This document shows positions 17,410-27,600 of a DNA stretch of 64,000 nucleotides, one piece after another. A program made the translations under genes and the position numbers. Source of the stretch: an uncultured bacterium (GTDB lineage Bacteria; Desulfobacterota; Desulfobaccia; Desulfobaccales; 0-14-0-80-60-11); contig CALEAV010000021.1 of the NCBI GenBank assembly GCA_937943575.1, positions 8,120-72,119 on the forward strand, in the 5' to 3' direction. Position 1 is the first letter of the stretch. Each line of letters starts with the position of its first letter. Below the pieces are notes generated by a model. The model saw nothing but the letters and a program-made list of their open reading frames with translations, made no database searches and had not been told where the DNA came from.

Positions 17410-20400
17410 TCAGAACACATAGCGCAGGGAGAGTCCCACCGTGAGAATGCGGTAGTTGTCCACCCACTCCCGGAAATAAAACACGTGCGGATCAATGAAG
17501 AAGTTGTGCACCGGCTCCCACTCCAGGGCCGCCAGCCCCTGGAAGGCCGGCCCCCAGTCGCCGTGCTGCCCCACCACCTGGAAGGAGCCCTGCAGAATCA
17601 GGGTGGGGAGGCGGAAAATATGGCGGCTGAAATCCACGCTCAGCCCCACGGCGTGGTAATAAGGCGGGCTGAAGTAGGCCGGGTGCTCGTCCTCATACAG
17701 GGCCAGGTAGTAGTGGGGGGTGAAGCTGAGCTGCATGCGGGGCTGGGAGAGCGCCTGCCAGGTGAGGCCCTGGTAGAGGCTGAAGCGCCGGTTGTGGTCC
17801 GAGAAAAAGGCCCCGGACAGGGTGCTGCGCCACTCCAGCCCCGGCCGGAACTGGTGCGACCACCCCAAGTCCACCTGATGGGAGGTGATGAGGCGGGCAT
17901 CCCCCAGATTGAGGACGCTCTGGAAGAGCCGCGGGTAAAGATGCGGGTCCTGGTCGAAGATGTCCCGGCGGCTGTAGCGCAGGAAGGCGTCCGTCTGGGG
18001 GGTGAGGGTGGCGTCCAGCTGCAGCGACCCCATCAGGCGCTCCCGGCTGTCCTGGTGGGTGAAGGTCGCCGACCGGGTGACATCGAAGAAGGCCGGCATC
18101 GGGAAGGGGACCAGTTCCTGCCCCTCCTGCCGGATCGTCCGGTCCACCCGCTTCCAGTAGCGCCGCCAGATGAGCTCGCCGCTCAGGCGCAGGCGGTCGC
18201 CCAGGTGCACCGGCCCGGCCCCCACAGAGACCTCCAGGCGCCGCAGGCGGCTTTTGTCATCGGCGTCCTGCCGATAGACCCGGAGAAGGCCCAGGTCCAC
18301 CGGCCCCTGCTCCTGGGACCGGGACCGCTGGTTGTACTCCCGGAATTCCACCGCCAGGTGCACCGGCAGGCTGCGGGCGGCCCACATGGAGGCGGAGGCC
18401 CGGAAGATGGTGCCATACAGGCCGTTGCTGTCGTCAAAATAGAGGGTCTCCGGATGGATGACGGGAATCATGCCCGCCTTTGGCAGGGAGCCCAGCCATT
18501 CCCGGTCCGGGCGGGAGAACTGCCAGGGGCGGAAGCCCTCCTCCGGGCGCCTTTCGCCCCGGGCGAAGGGGAAGCCCCGGGAGGCCAGCTGTGGCCGCAT
18601 CTGCTCCCTGACATACTCCAGCTCGTTGAGCAGCTCCACGTCCTGGGGGGCGTGCTTCAGGGCCTCAGCGTAGGCCCTGTAGGCGCCACCCCAGTTCTTG
18701 CGGGCCCGGGCCCGCCGGGCCGCGGCCACCCGGGCCTCCTGGGTGCCGGGCTGCCGGCGGATAACCTCGTCGTAAAGCTGGGCCGCCCGGCGGTCGCCCA
18801 TGCCCTCCAGCACCTGGGCCTTCTCCATCAGCAGGGCTTCCGGCGGGGCCGCGCCGGCCAGGCCCTCCAGGGTTGTGAGGGCGTCCTCGAAGCGGCGCTC
18901 CAGGCGCTGGGCCTTGGCCACCAGGAGCTGGCCCGGCACGTAATCCGGATGCTCCCGGGGGATTTTGGCCACCGCCGCCTTGACGCCCTCATACTGCCCC
19001 TGCATGAGATAGAGCCGGGCGGCGGTGAGGGGGGCCTGACCCTCCGGATTCCCCTCCAGGCGGGCCAGGACGGGGCCGAAATCCCGGGCCAGCATCTGGC
19101 TTTGGGACAGAAGCTCCTCCGCCCGGGCATCTTTGGGCTTGAGGCGCAGGGCCTGGCGGCAGTAGTCCGCCGCCACCCGGGGCTCCTCCAGCTCCAGGGC
19201 CAGGGCCGCCAGCCCCAGGAGCTCCCCGGGGTTGTCCGGAAATTTGTGGTGCCGGTATTCCTTCAGCACATGCAGGAGATAATCCAGCTTGCCCCCGTGG
19301 CGGCCGGCGCTCCCCACAAAATAGGCCAGGGAGGCCACATATTCCGGGCTGTCCACCCGCACCCCGGGGATGCGGGCCGCCACCCGGGAAAGGTCCTCAA
19401 ACCGGGTCAGTTTGGGAAGCAGATGGGAGAGAATGAGGAGGGTGGCATGGTGATAGCGCTGCTGGCGCAGATTTTTCAAGCACAGGTCCACCGCCAGCTC
19501 CACCGCCTCCGGAGAGGTGCTGCGGCAGAGGGCCCGGGCAATCCAGGTGCGCTCCTCCAGCCCCAGGCGTGCCTCCTCCCTCTCTTCCTCCCTCTCCCTT
19601 AACGAGGCTTCCTGAAGGGCCAACCCGGACCCGCCCTCCCGGGCCCGGCGGCTTCCCTCCCCGGTCCAGAGGCGGGCCTCCCGCCAATCCGCCGGCGGCC
19701 GCACCTTGTCCGGGAACTGGCTGCCGTAGAGGCGCAGGGCCACGTGCTCCGCCTGGCGCCAGTCCTTTTGGGCCAGGGCCGCCTCGATGGTGGCCATCAG
19801 CACCGCCCGGCTCTCTGCGTCCTTTCCACTGGCGGGCAGGGTGCGCAACAGCTCCTGGGCCTCCTGCGGCCTCCCCAGAAAAGTGAGGACCCGGGCCCGG
19901 AGCAGGCGGGCGTTCAGATCCCGGGGCTCCCTCTTGCCATACTCCTCCAGGCGGGCCAGGGCGCCTTCCAGGTCCCCGGCCCACAGGCAGAGCCTAGCCT
20001 GCTCCACAAGCAGCCGGGGTTCCTGGGGCAGGGGGCAGCTCTTCAGCTCCTGCTCCGCCGCCTGCCATTTTTTGGCCTCCAGGAGCAGGGCGATGCGCCT
20101 GTGCCGCGCCTCCAGGTCCCCTTGCCGGGAGGCGAGCTCCCCATACGCCGCAATGGCCTCCTCCCGGGTGTCGGGCTGGAAGGCCAGGGCTTCGGCCAGC
20201 AGCCGCCGGGCTTCCGCATCCTGGGGGTGTTTCTCCAGGTAGGCCTTGAAGTAGTGGGCCGCCTGGCCCCAGTGCTTCTGGTAGAAATGCAGCTGGCCCA
20301 AAAAGAGGAGCAGGCGGGGATACTTGGGGTTGTCCCGCTCCACCGGCTTCAAAACCTCCACCGCCTCGCCGTAGCGGTGGGCATAGGAATAGGTGAGGGC

Positions 20401-21540
20401 CGCCTCCCAGCGCAGCTCCCCGTGCAGAAGCTGGCGCCGCCGGGCTTCGTCCCACATCCCCGCCGCCCTGCTGAACTGTTTTTGGCGGGCATAGAGGCGG
20501 GCCAGGTTGATGATGGTCTCCTGGTGGGTGTCGCCGGCCTCCCAGGCCCGGCGGTACTGTCGCAGGGCCTCCTCCGGGTCGCCGGTGAGGAGCAGCTCCA
20601 GGGCATACCAGCGCCGCAGCTCCGGATCCGGCTGGTCGTCCATCAGGGGCGCCAGGACCGCCACCGCCTCGGTGTGTTTCCCTTTTTGGGACCACAGTCG
20701 GGCCAGCTTCAGGGCGTACTCCTTCCTGCCCTGATTTTTGCTGTAGAGCCACAAGTAGTGCTTCAGGGCCGCGTCCTCCCGGCCGGCGGCGTCGGCAACC
20801 CTGGCCGCCTCCTCCCGCCAGGCGGCCTGATCCCTGGCCCGCTCGAGGAGCCGGTCGTAAATCTCGCTGGCCGCCTGGTAGTCCCGCTGCCAGTAATGCA
20901 GCAGGGCCAGCTGATGCAGGGCCTCCTGGTCCTCGGGATGGGCGGCGGTGTCCTCCTCCATGAGGGCGATGGCCTCCCGGTAGCGGTGCGCCGCGGTGAG
21001 GAGATTGACGAGCGGGCGGCGCACCTCCCGCTGGGGCGCCAGGCGATAGAGGCGGCGGTAATAGCCAAGGGCCAGCTCCCGCTCCTCCTCCCGGGCGCTG
21101 GTGAACTGGGCGGCAAAGAGGAGCATCTCCTTGTCCTCGGGATGGGCGTCCAGGTGACGGGCCAGGTGGTCCAGGGCCTCCGGCCGCCGGTCCAGCTGGT
21201 CCAGGGCCTGGGCCAGACCCTTCAACGCCGCGGTGGCCCGGGGGAACCGGGGCCACAGCTCCTGAAAGATGGCCGCGGCCCGCTCCGGCTGGCCCGCCTT
21301 GAGATAGAGCCAGCCGAGAAAAGTGCCCACCTCCGGGTGGCCGGGCTGGCGCTGCCAGGATTTCTCCGCCAGCTTCAGGGCCTGGGTGAGCTCCCCCCGC
21401 TTTTCCGCCCCCTGGGCAAGGCGATAGAGTCCCACCGGCGAGCGCCAGAAATCGGGGTCCCGCCGATGGGCCAGGGTGAACACCCCGGCCAGAAACAAAA
21501 GGGGCAACAATGCCAACAGCCAGCGGGCCTTAGATGCCAT
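17410..21540 (-). CDS. Giant TPR-repeat / C-terminal beta-barrel outer-membrane protein (BcsC/PgaA-like polysaccharide exporter)
   Basis: 1376 aa. Signal/TM MASKARWLLALLPLLFLAGVFTLA. About 900 aa of TPR-like helical repeats. The last ~450 aa show alternating beta-strand patterns and end ...LTVGLSLRYVF (terminal Phe, as in OMP barrels). The start overlaps the stop of the upstream GT2 by 11 nt. Confidence 0.8.
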   Translation of the reverse strand: MASKARWLLALLPLLFLAGVFTLAHRRDPDFWRSPVGLYRLAQGAEKRGELTQALKLAEKSWQRQPGHPEVGTFLGWLYLKAGQPERAAAIFQELWPRFPRATAALKGLAQALDQLDRRPEALDHLARHLDAHPEDKEMLLFAAQFTSAREEERELALGYYRRLYRLAPQREVRRPLVNLLTAAHRYREAIALMEEDTAAHPEDQEALHQLALLHYWQRDYQAASEIYDRLLERARDQAAWREEAARVADAAGREDAALKHYLWLYSKNQGRKEYALKLARLWSQKGKHTEAVAVLAPLMDDQPDPELRRWYALELLLTGDPEEALRQYRRAWEAGDTHQETIINLARLYARQKQFSRAAGMWDEARRRQLLHGELRWEAALTYSYAHRYGEAVEVLKPVERDNPKYPRLLLFLGQLHFYQKHWGQAAHYFKAYLEKHPQDAEARRLLAEALAFQPDTREEAIAAYGELASRQGDLEARHRRIALLLEAKKWQAAEQELKSCPLPQEPRLLVEQARLCLWAGDLEGALARLEEYGKREPRDLNARLLRARVLTFLGRPQEAQELLRTLPASGKDAESRAVLMATIEAALAQKDWRQAEHVALRLYGSQFPDKVRPPADWREARLWTGEGSRRAREGGSGLALQEASLREREEEREEARLGLEERTWIARALCRSTSPEAVELAVDLCLKNLRQQRYHHATLLILSHLLPKLTRFEDLSRVAARIPGVRVDSPEYVASLAYFVGSAGRHGGKLDYLLHVLKEYRHHKFPDNPGELLGLAALALELEEPRVAADYCRQALRLKPKDARAEELLSQSQMLARDFGPVLARLEGNPEGQAPLTAARLYLMQGQYEGVKAAVAKIPREHPDYVPGQLLVAKAQRLERRFEDALTTLEGLAGAAPPEALLMEKAQVLEGMGDRRAAQLYDEVIRRQPGTQEARVAAARRARARKNWGGAYRAYAEALKHAPQDVELLNELEYVREQMRPQLASRGFPFARGERRPEEGFRPWQFSRPDREWLGSLPKAGMIPVIHPETLYFDDSNGLYGTIFRASASMWAARSLPVHLAVEFREYNQRSRSQEQGPVDLGLLRVYRQDADDKSRLRRLEVSVGAGPVHLGDRLRLSGELIWRRYWKRVDRTIRQEGQELVPFPMPAFFDVTRSATFTHQDSRERLMGSLQLDATLTPQTDAFLRYSRRDIFDQDPHLYPRLFQSVLNLGDARLITSHQVDLGWSHQFRPGLEWRSTLSGAFFSDHNRRFSLYQGLTWQALSQPRMQLSFTPHYYLALYEDEHPAYFSPPYYHAVGLSVDFSRHIFRLPTLILQGSFQVVGQHGDWGPAFQGLAALEWEPVHNFFIDPHVFYFREWVDNYRILTVGLSLRYVF

Positions 21541-23170
21541 ATACCTGCCTTGGGTCCGTGGCGGCGGAAAACTGGGGCCGCTGCAGACCCACCAGGATCA
21601 CGTCGCCCAGGGTCCAGATGACAAAGGCGGAAAACAATGAGTTGAAGACCACCAGGTTCACCGGAGCCCAGCCGAAATGCAAAGACAAAAGCGGCAGGGT
21701 CAGGTGCAGCCCTACCACCAGCAACTGGGGCAACAGGCACCACCAGGGGCGGGCTTCCACAAAGGGGGCATGATTATTGAGCCGGTATGCCGGCTTGCGC
21801 CCTGGGGGGTAAAGCAGGGCGGCCCCGATGGCCGCGGCGTACACCGGAAACAGGCCGCAGAGCATGCGGAACTGCTTGGCAGCCTGCTTGCCATGGAAGA
21901 GATACCGGAACATGAGGAGGGTGGCCCCCAGATACGCCCCCCTCAGGGCCAGGTAGGGCCACTCCTGCCCCTCCAGGATGGCGTAGCCCTGCCAGTAGGC
22001 CAGCAGCGGGATGACGTAAAACACCGGGAAGACCAGGCCGCTCACCAGATAGCTCACCATGATCACCAGGAAGTGCAGGCGCTGGCAGAGGCTGAGGCCC
22101 GGTTTGCGCAGGGGGTTGTCCCAGAAAAACAAACGCATGGTGTCCAGACACCACTGGAAGCGCTGGCGGTAAACGCCGGCCAGGTCCAGGGGCGCCAAGC
22201 CCCGGGTGAGGGCATAGGGGTAGTAAATCCCCTTCCAGCCCCGGCTCACCAGCTCATAGGAGGTGGTGAAATCCTCGATGAGGTTCCAGGTGGCAAAGCC
22301 GCCCAGCTCCTCCAGCGCCGCCCGGCGGTACATCACCCCGGAGCCGCAGGAGATGACCGCGTTGGCCCGGTCATTGGCGCACTGGATGACCTCGTAGAAG
22401 ATCTCGTCCCGGTTGTAGAAAGGGTCCCCCTCGGGCAGGTAAAAGGACTGGCGGGACTGGACGTAGGCCACCCGGGGGATCTGAAAGAAGCCCGCCAGGC
22501 GGGTGACGATGTCGGGCTGGGGCACCTGGTCGGCGTCCAATACCAGGATGAACTCCCCCCGGCTCAGGCTGAGGCCGAAATTGAGGTTGCCGCTTTTGGC
22601 ATCCCGCCGGGGCAGCCCGGCCCGCACCCGGGAGTGGTAGTGAAACCCCAGGGAGCAGGCCAGGGCCTCCACCTGGGGCGAGCCGCCATCGTCCAGCACA
22701 TAGACGGTGAGAGGTTCGTAGGCAATCCTGCGAATCGCCTGGAGGGTGGTGTGAATGACGGGCAGGGGCTCCCCGCAGCAGGTGACGAAGACATCCACCG
22801 GCGGCGGGCTGGCGAGGGGAAGGCCTTCAGGCCGGTGAAAACGCAGGTGCCAGATGTCGAAGGCCAGGGTGGCGAGCAGCAGAAAGGCCAGGGCCTCCGC
22901 CGCCAGGAAGCAGAGGTCCGGAAGGCCGCGGCTGCGCCAGACCACCCAGGCCAGCCAGCCCAGGTAGACGAGGCCCAGCGCCACGGTCAGCAAAGAGGCG
23001 TCCTGGGCCGCCAGCCGCCGGGGCCGGTCCTCCAGGTCCCGATAGCGGCGATAGGGCAGGCGCCCGCGGCGGTCGGCCCACCAGACCCGGAAGGCATACG
23101 CCAGGCGGCCCTGCCCTTCCCGGCGGAAAGCTGCCTCAGGCGGGCCTCCAGACGGCAGATGGGGGGACAT
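21530..23170 (-). CDS. Processive family-2 glycosyltransferase, cellulose-synthase (BcsA)-like, no PilZ domain
   Basis: 546 aa. TM helices flank a GT-A domain with VYVLDDGG, LVLDADQ, SCGSG, NLIEDFTTS (TED-like) and YRQRFQW in place of the Q(Q/R)xRW motif. Multi-TM C-terminus with no PilZ-like RxxxR/DxSxxG segment. Confidence 0.85.
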   Translation of the reverse strand: MSPHLPSGGPPEAAFRREGQGRLAYAFRVWWADRRGRLPYRRYRDLEDRPRRLAAQDASLLTVALGLVYLGWLAWVVWRSRGLPDLCFLAAEALAFLLLATLAFDIWHLRFHRPEGLPLASPPPVDVFVTCCGEPLPVIHTTLQAIRRIAYEPLTVYVLDDGGSPQVEALACSLGFHYHSRVRAGLPRRDAKSGNLNFGLSLSRGEFILVLDADQVPQPDIVTRLAGFFQIPRVAYVQSRQSFYLPEGDPFYNRDEIFYEVIQCANDRANAVISCGSGVMYRRAALEELGGFATWNLIEDFTTSYELVSRGWKGIYYPYALTRGLAPLDLAGVYRQRFQWCLDTMRLFFWDNPLRKPGLSLCQRLHFLVIMVSYLVSGLVFPVFYVIPLLAYWQGYAILEGQEWPYLALRGAYLGATLLMFRYLFHGKQAAKQFRMLCGLFPVYAAAIGAALLYPPGRKPAYRLNNHAPFVEARPWWCLLPQLLVVGLHLTLPLLSLHFGWAPVNLVVFNSLFSAFVIWTLGDVILVGLQRPQFSAATDPRQVYGI

Positions 23171-23280
23171 CGGTTTTTCCTTCCCTGGAACCCGGGCTCT
23201 CCCTGAGCCTTCCTCTCAGATTATCCCCTATTTTTTCAGTCCATTTTCCGGATTCTCTGGCCAGTTTTATCCTGAGACGC

Positions 23281-23335
23281 CTTTTTTTCAATTGCTGGAA
23301 AAAAAATTTTTTGTCAAGAAAAAACTTTTCTTCGG
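23281..23335 (-). promoter_or_regulatory. AT-rich promoter region of the GT2/exporter operon
   Basis: A/T tract ctttttttcaattgctggaaaaaaaattttttgtcaagaaaaaacttttc, with a minus-strand TTGACA at 23317..23312, about 140 nt upstream of ATG 23170. No convincing -10 assigned. Confidence 0.35.
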
Positions 23336-23422
23336 CAGGAGGGCTGTCTCAGGGAAGACCGGTCCGGCTGCCTTCCCCTGGGAAAGGCTCCCGGTGTGGA
23401 CAGGAGGGCCCCGGGAGGCCTC

Positions 23423-24412
23423 TTAAACACTCAGACCGTGGTAGCGGCGATACCAGGCAATGAAGCGGGGAATGCCCTCGTCGATGGGGGTGCGGGGATG
23501 GAAGCCGAGCTTGCGTTGGGCGTGGGAGATGTCCGCAAAGGTGGCGGGCACATCCCCGGGCTGCAGGGGCAAAAGCTCCTGCTGGGCGGTGACCCCCAGG
23601 TGCGCCTCCAGGAGCCCGATCACCTTGCTGAGGGGTTCGGCCCGGTGGTTGCCGATATTGAAGATTTCATACTTCTCCAGCCCCGGGGTGAGGAGGGCCG
23701 CCACAATGCCCTGCACGGCATCGTCGATGTAGGTGAAGTCCCGCTCCATGCGGCCGTAGTTGAACACCTTGATGGGCTTGCCCGCCAGCATGGCCGCGGT
23801 GAAGAGCCACATGGCCATGTCCGGCCGTCCCCAGGGCCCGTACACGGTGAAGAGGCGCAGCCCCACGGTGGGCAGGCCGTAGAGGTGGGTGTAGGCATGG
23901 GCCATGAGTTCGTTGGCCCGTTTGGTGGCGGCATAGAGGCTGATGGGGGTGTCCACCCGCTGGGTCTCGGAGAAGGGGAGCTCCGTCAGGCCGCCGTAGA
24001 CGCTGGAACTGGAGGCATAGACAAAGCGCTCCACCTCATGGCGTCTGGCCAGCTCGATGAGGTTGAGGAAGCCCTCCAGGTTGGCCTCCTGGTAGGCATA
24101 GGGGTTGATGAGGGAGTAGCGCACCCCGGCCTGGGCCGCCAGGTGGCAGATCTTCTGGGGCCGGTGCTCCGCAAAAAGGGCCTGCAGGCCCTCCCGGTCC
24201 ACCAAATCCAGCTCCACGGAGACAAACCCGGGGTGGCGCCTGAGCTCCCGGTCCCGGTCCCTCTTCAGGGCCGGAGAGTAGTAGTCGTTGTAGTTGTCCA
24301 GGCCCACCACGGTGGCCCCCCGGGCCAGCAGGGCCTGGCTGACGTGAAAGCCGATGAAGCCGGCGCTGCCGGTCACCAGAACGGTCAGTCCGGAAAGCTC
24401 CTGATCCCCCAT
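23423..24412 (-). CDS. NAD-dependent sugar-nucleotide epimerase (UDP-glucuronate 4-epimerase-like SDR)
   Basis: ORF 23423..24484(-) trimmed to ATG 24412. Contains VLVTGSAGFIGFHV (GxxGxxG), YASSSSVYG, SLYAATKRANE (YxxxK) and LRLFTVYGPWGRPDMA. Close resemblance to UDP-GlcA 4-epimerases. Confidence 0.85.
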   Translation of the reverse strand: MGDQELSGLTVLVTGSAGFIGFHVSQALLARGATVVGLDNYNDYYSPALKRDRDRELRRHPGFVSVELDLVDREGLQALFAEHRPQKICHLAAQAGVRYSLINPYAYQEANLEGFLNLIELARRHEVERFVYASSSSVYGGLTELPFSETQRVDTPISLYAATKRANELMAHAYTHLYGLPTVGLRLFTVYGPWGRPDMAMWLFTAAMLAGKPIKVFNYGRMERDFTYIDDAVQGIVAALLTPGLEKYEIFNIGNHRAEPLSKVIGLLEAHLGVTAQQELLPLQPGDVPATFADISHAQRKLGFHPRTPIDEGIPRFIAWYRRYHGLSV

Positions 24413-24645
24413 GCACGCACCCCCACTGGAATATACCACGAGGAGGAGCAGGGATTCCCCCCTCCCCTCACCCTCCCCTCCCACGGGAGGGGGGCAGGTG
24501 GCCCCGGGCCCCCTCCCTCACCCGCGGCCCTGGATTTTTGCGGCCGCAGGCCTTACCCCCTCCCCCGAGCCCCCGCCCTCCGACCCGTGGCGGGGTGGCA
24601 AGGGGCGCAAGGGAAGGGCAGGAGACCCCCATCCCCTCCCCTGCA

Positions 24646-27600
24646 TTACAGACTCAGGGCCGGATAGCCCACCAGGCGGTTGACCTCCTGGGCCAGGGCC
24701 TCCGAGGGGGTCAGGCCCAGCTCCTCCGGCAGATAAAGCGCCGCCTCCTCCCCGGGGTGGAGGAAATACAACACCGCGGGCACCGGCCCCGGGTGGCGCC
24801 GGAGGATGTCCTTCAGGGCCATCAGCCGCTCCCGGGTGAGGCCGTCGGCCCGGAGGCGCACCTCCACCCGCTCCGGCCAGCGGGGCAGGGCAGTCCCCAA
24901 CGGCGCGATCTCCGTGGCCCGGATCTTGGGCCCCTGCTCCTCCTGAATGAGGGAGCCCTTGAGCCACAGGGGGAGCCCGGGTTTGCTGAGCCAGGAGTCG
25001 GCCTGCTCCAGCACATCCCTGAACACCAGCACCTCCACCGAGCCCACCAGGTCCTCCACCGTGAGGATGGCCAGGCGGCCGCCCTTTTTGCCGGTCTTTT
25101 CCTTCAGGGCGCTCACCACCACCCCCAGGGCCACCTCCTCGCCGTCGGGGAGCTCCGCCAGGTCGGCGGTGGTCACCTTGACCCAGGCCCGGAGGAGGTG
25201 GCGGCAGGAGTCCAGGGGATGCCCGGAGAGATAGACCCCCAGCGCCTCCTTTTCCCGGGTCAGTTTCTCGGCATCACTCCATTCCGGGGCGTCCGGGAGC
25301 CAGTCGTCACCGGCCATCTCCTGGGGCCCCCCGAAGATGGTCATCTGCCGGCTGGCCGCCTGGCGCTTCAGGCTCTGGGCCCGCTCCAGGGCCGCGTCCA
25401 GGGCCGCCAGGAGCCGGGCCCGATTGGGCTGGAAGCTGTCCAGGGCCCCCGCCTGGATGAGGGCTTCCAGGACCCGGCGGTTCACCTTGGTGAGATTGAC
25501 GCGGCTCAACAGGTCCATGAGTCCGGTGAAGGGCCGCTCCCGACGCACCTCCAGGATCTCCTGGATGGCCCCCAGACCCACGTTCTTCACCCCCGCCAGG
25601 CCGTAGCGCACCTGGCCGTCCTCCACGGTGAAGTCCCGGTCGCTCAGGTTGATGTCCGGGGGCAGCAGCCGGATGCCCTGGTCCCGGGCCTCCAGGATGT
25701 GTCTGGCCAGGGCGCTGGTGTTGTTGATCTCGCTGTTGAGCAGGGCCGCCAGGAATTCCAGGGGGTAGTGCGCCTTGAGATAGGCCGTCTGGTAGGCGAT
25801 GAGGGCGTAGGCGGCGGAGTGGGACTTGTTGAAGCCGTAGCCGGCGAACTTCTCGATGAGGTCGAAGAGGGTTTCGGCCGTCTCCCGGGCCACCCCCCGG
25901 GCCGCCGCCCCCTCCACAAAGCGCTGGCGCTGGGCCGCCATCACCTCGGGGATCTTCTTCCCCATGGCCCGGCGCAGGATGTCCGCCTCCGCCAGGGAAA
26001 AGCCGGAGACTGCGGCGGCAATCTGCATCACCTGCTCCTGATAGAGGATGACGCCGTAGGTCTCCTTGAGGATGGGCTCCAGCTCCGGCAAGAGATAGGT
26101 CACCGGCTCCTCCCCGTGTTTGCGCTGCACGTAGTCCAGGTGCATGCCGCTCTCCATGGGGCCGGGCCGGTAGAGGGCCACCAGGGCCACGATGTCCTCG
26201 AAGGTGGAGGGCTTGAGGCGCATCACCAGCTGGCGCATGCCGGAGGATTCCAGCTGGAAGACCCCGGCGGTGTTCCCGGCCTGGAGCAGGGCGTAAGTTC
26301 CCGGGTCATCCAGGGGGATGCGGTGAATGTCAAAATCCGGCCGGTGGCGGCGCCGGATGAGGCGCACGGCGTTGTCGATGACCGTCAGGGTGCGCAGGCC
26401 CAGAAAGTCGAATTTCACCAGGCCGACCTTCTCCACCCCCTTCATGTCGAACTGGGTCACCAGCTCGCCCTTGGTGCCCTTGTAGAGGGGCAGATACTCC
26501 ACCAGGGGCCGGTCGCCGATGACCAGGCCGGCGGCGTGGGTGGAGGCGTGCCGGGGCAGACCCTCCAGGGTGCGGGCGATGTCCAGGATCTCCCTGACCG
26601 TGGGGTCGGTGTCCCGAAGCTCCCGGAGGCGGGGCTCCCGCTCCAGGGCCTGTTCCAGGGTGATGCCCTGCTGCTCCGGCACCAGCTTGGCGATCCGGTC
26701 CACCTCGGCATAGGGCACCTCCAGGGCCCGGCCCACGTCCCGGATGACCTGGCGGGTCTTCATGGAGCCGAAGGTGGTGATCTGGGCCACGTTCTCGTAG
26801 CCGTAGGTCTTGGCCACGTAGGCCAGCACCTCACCCCGGCGCTCGAAGCAGAAGTCCAGGTCGATGTCCGGGGGGCTCTGGCGCTCGGGGTTGAGGAAGC
26901 GCTCAAAAAACAGCCCGTGGGCCAGGGGGTCCAGGTCGGTGATCTTTAAGGCGTAGGCCACCAGACTCCCGGCCGCGGAGCCCCGGCCGGGCCCCACCGG
27001 GATGTGCTGGCGCCGGGCATAGGCCACGATGTCCGCCACCACCAGGAAGTAGGCGGCAAAGCCCATTTTCTGCAGCACCTCCAGCTCATAGGCCAGGCGC
27101 TGGCGGTAGTCTTCCGGCGGCCGGGCCGGCGGGCTCTGGGCCAGGCGCTCCTCCAGGCCCCGGCAGGCCAGCTCCCGGAGGAGCTCCCCGGGGTCCCGGC
27201 CCCGGGCGGCGGGGTAGGTGGGGAAGTGGAGCGCCCCCAGCTCCAGCTCCACCCGGCACTGCTCGGCGATCTCCAGGGTGCGGGCCAGCACCTCCGGGGG
27301 GAATTCCCGGGCCATCTCCTCCGGGCTTTTGAAATAGAGCTGGTCAGTGGCAAAGGCCATGCGGCCGGCAGTGTTCACCGTCTTGCCGGTCTGGATGCAC
27401 AGCAGCACATCGTGGGCCCGGGCATCTTCGGGCTTCAAGTAGTGGCAGTCATTGGTGGCCACCACCGGCAGGCCCCAGCGGGGCCCCAGCTCCAGGAGCA
27501 GGGCATTGACCTGCCGCTGCTCCGGAAGGTCATTGGCCTGGACCTCCAGATAAAAGCGCCCTTGGCTGAAGATGTCGGCATACTCGCGAGCGACAGCTTC

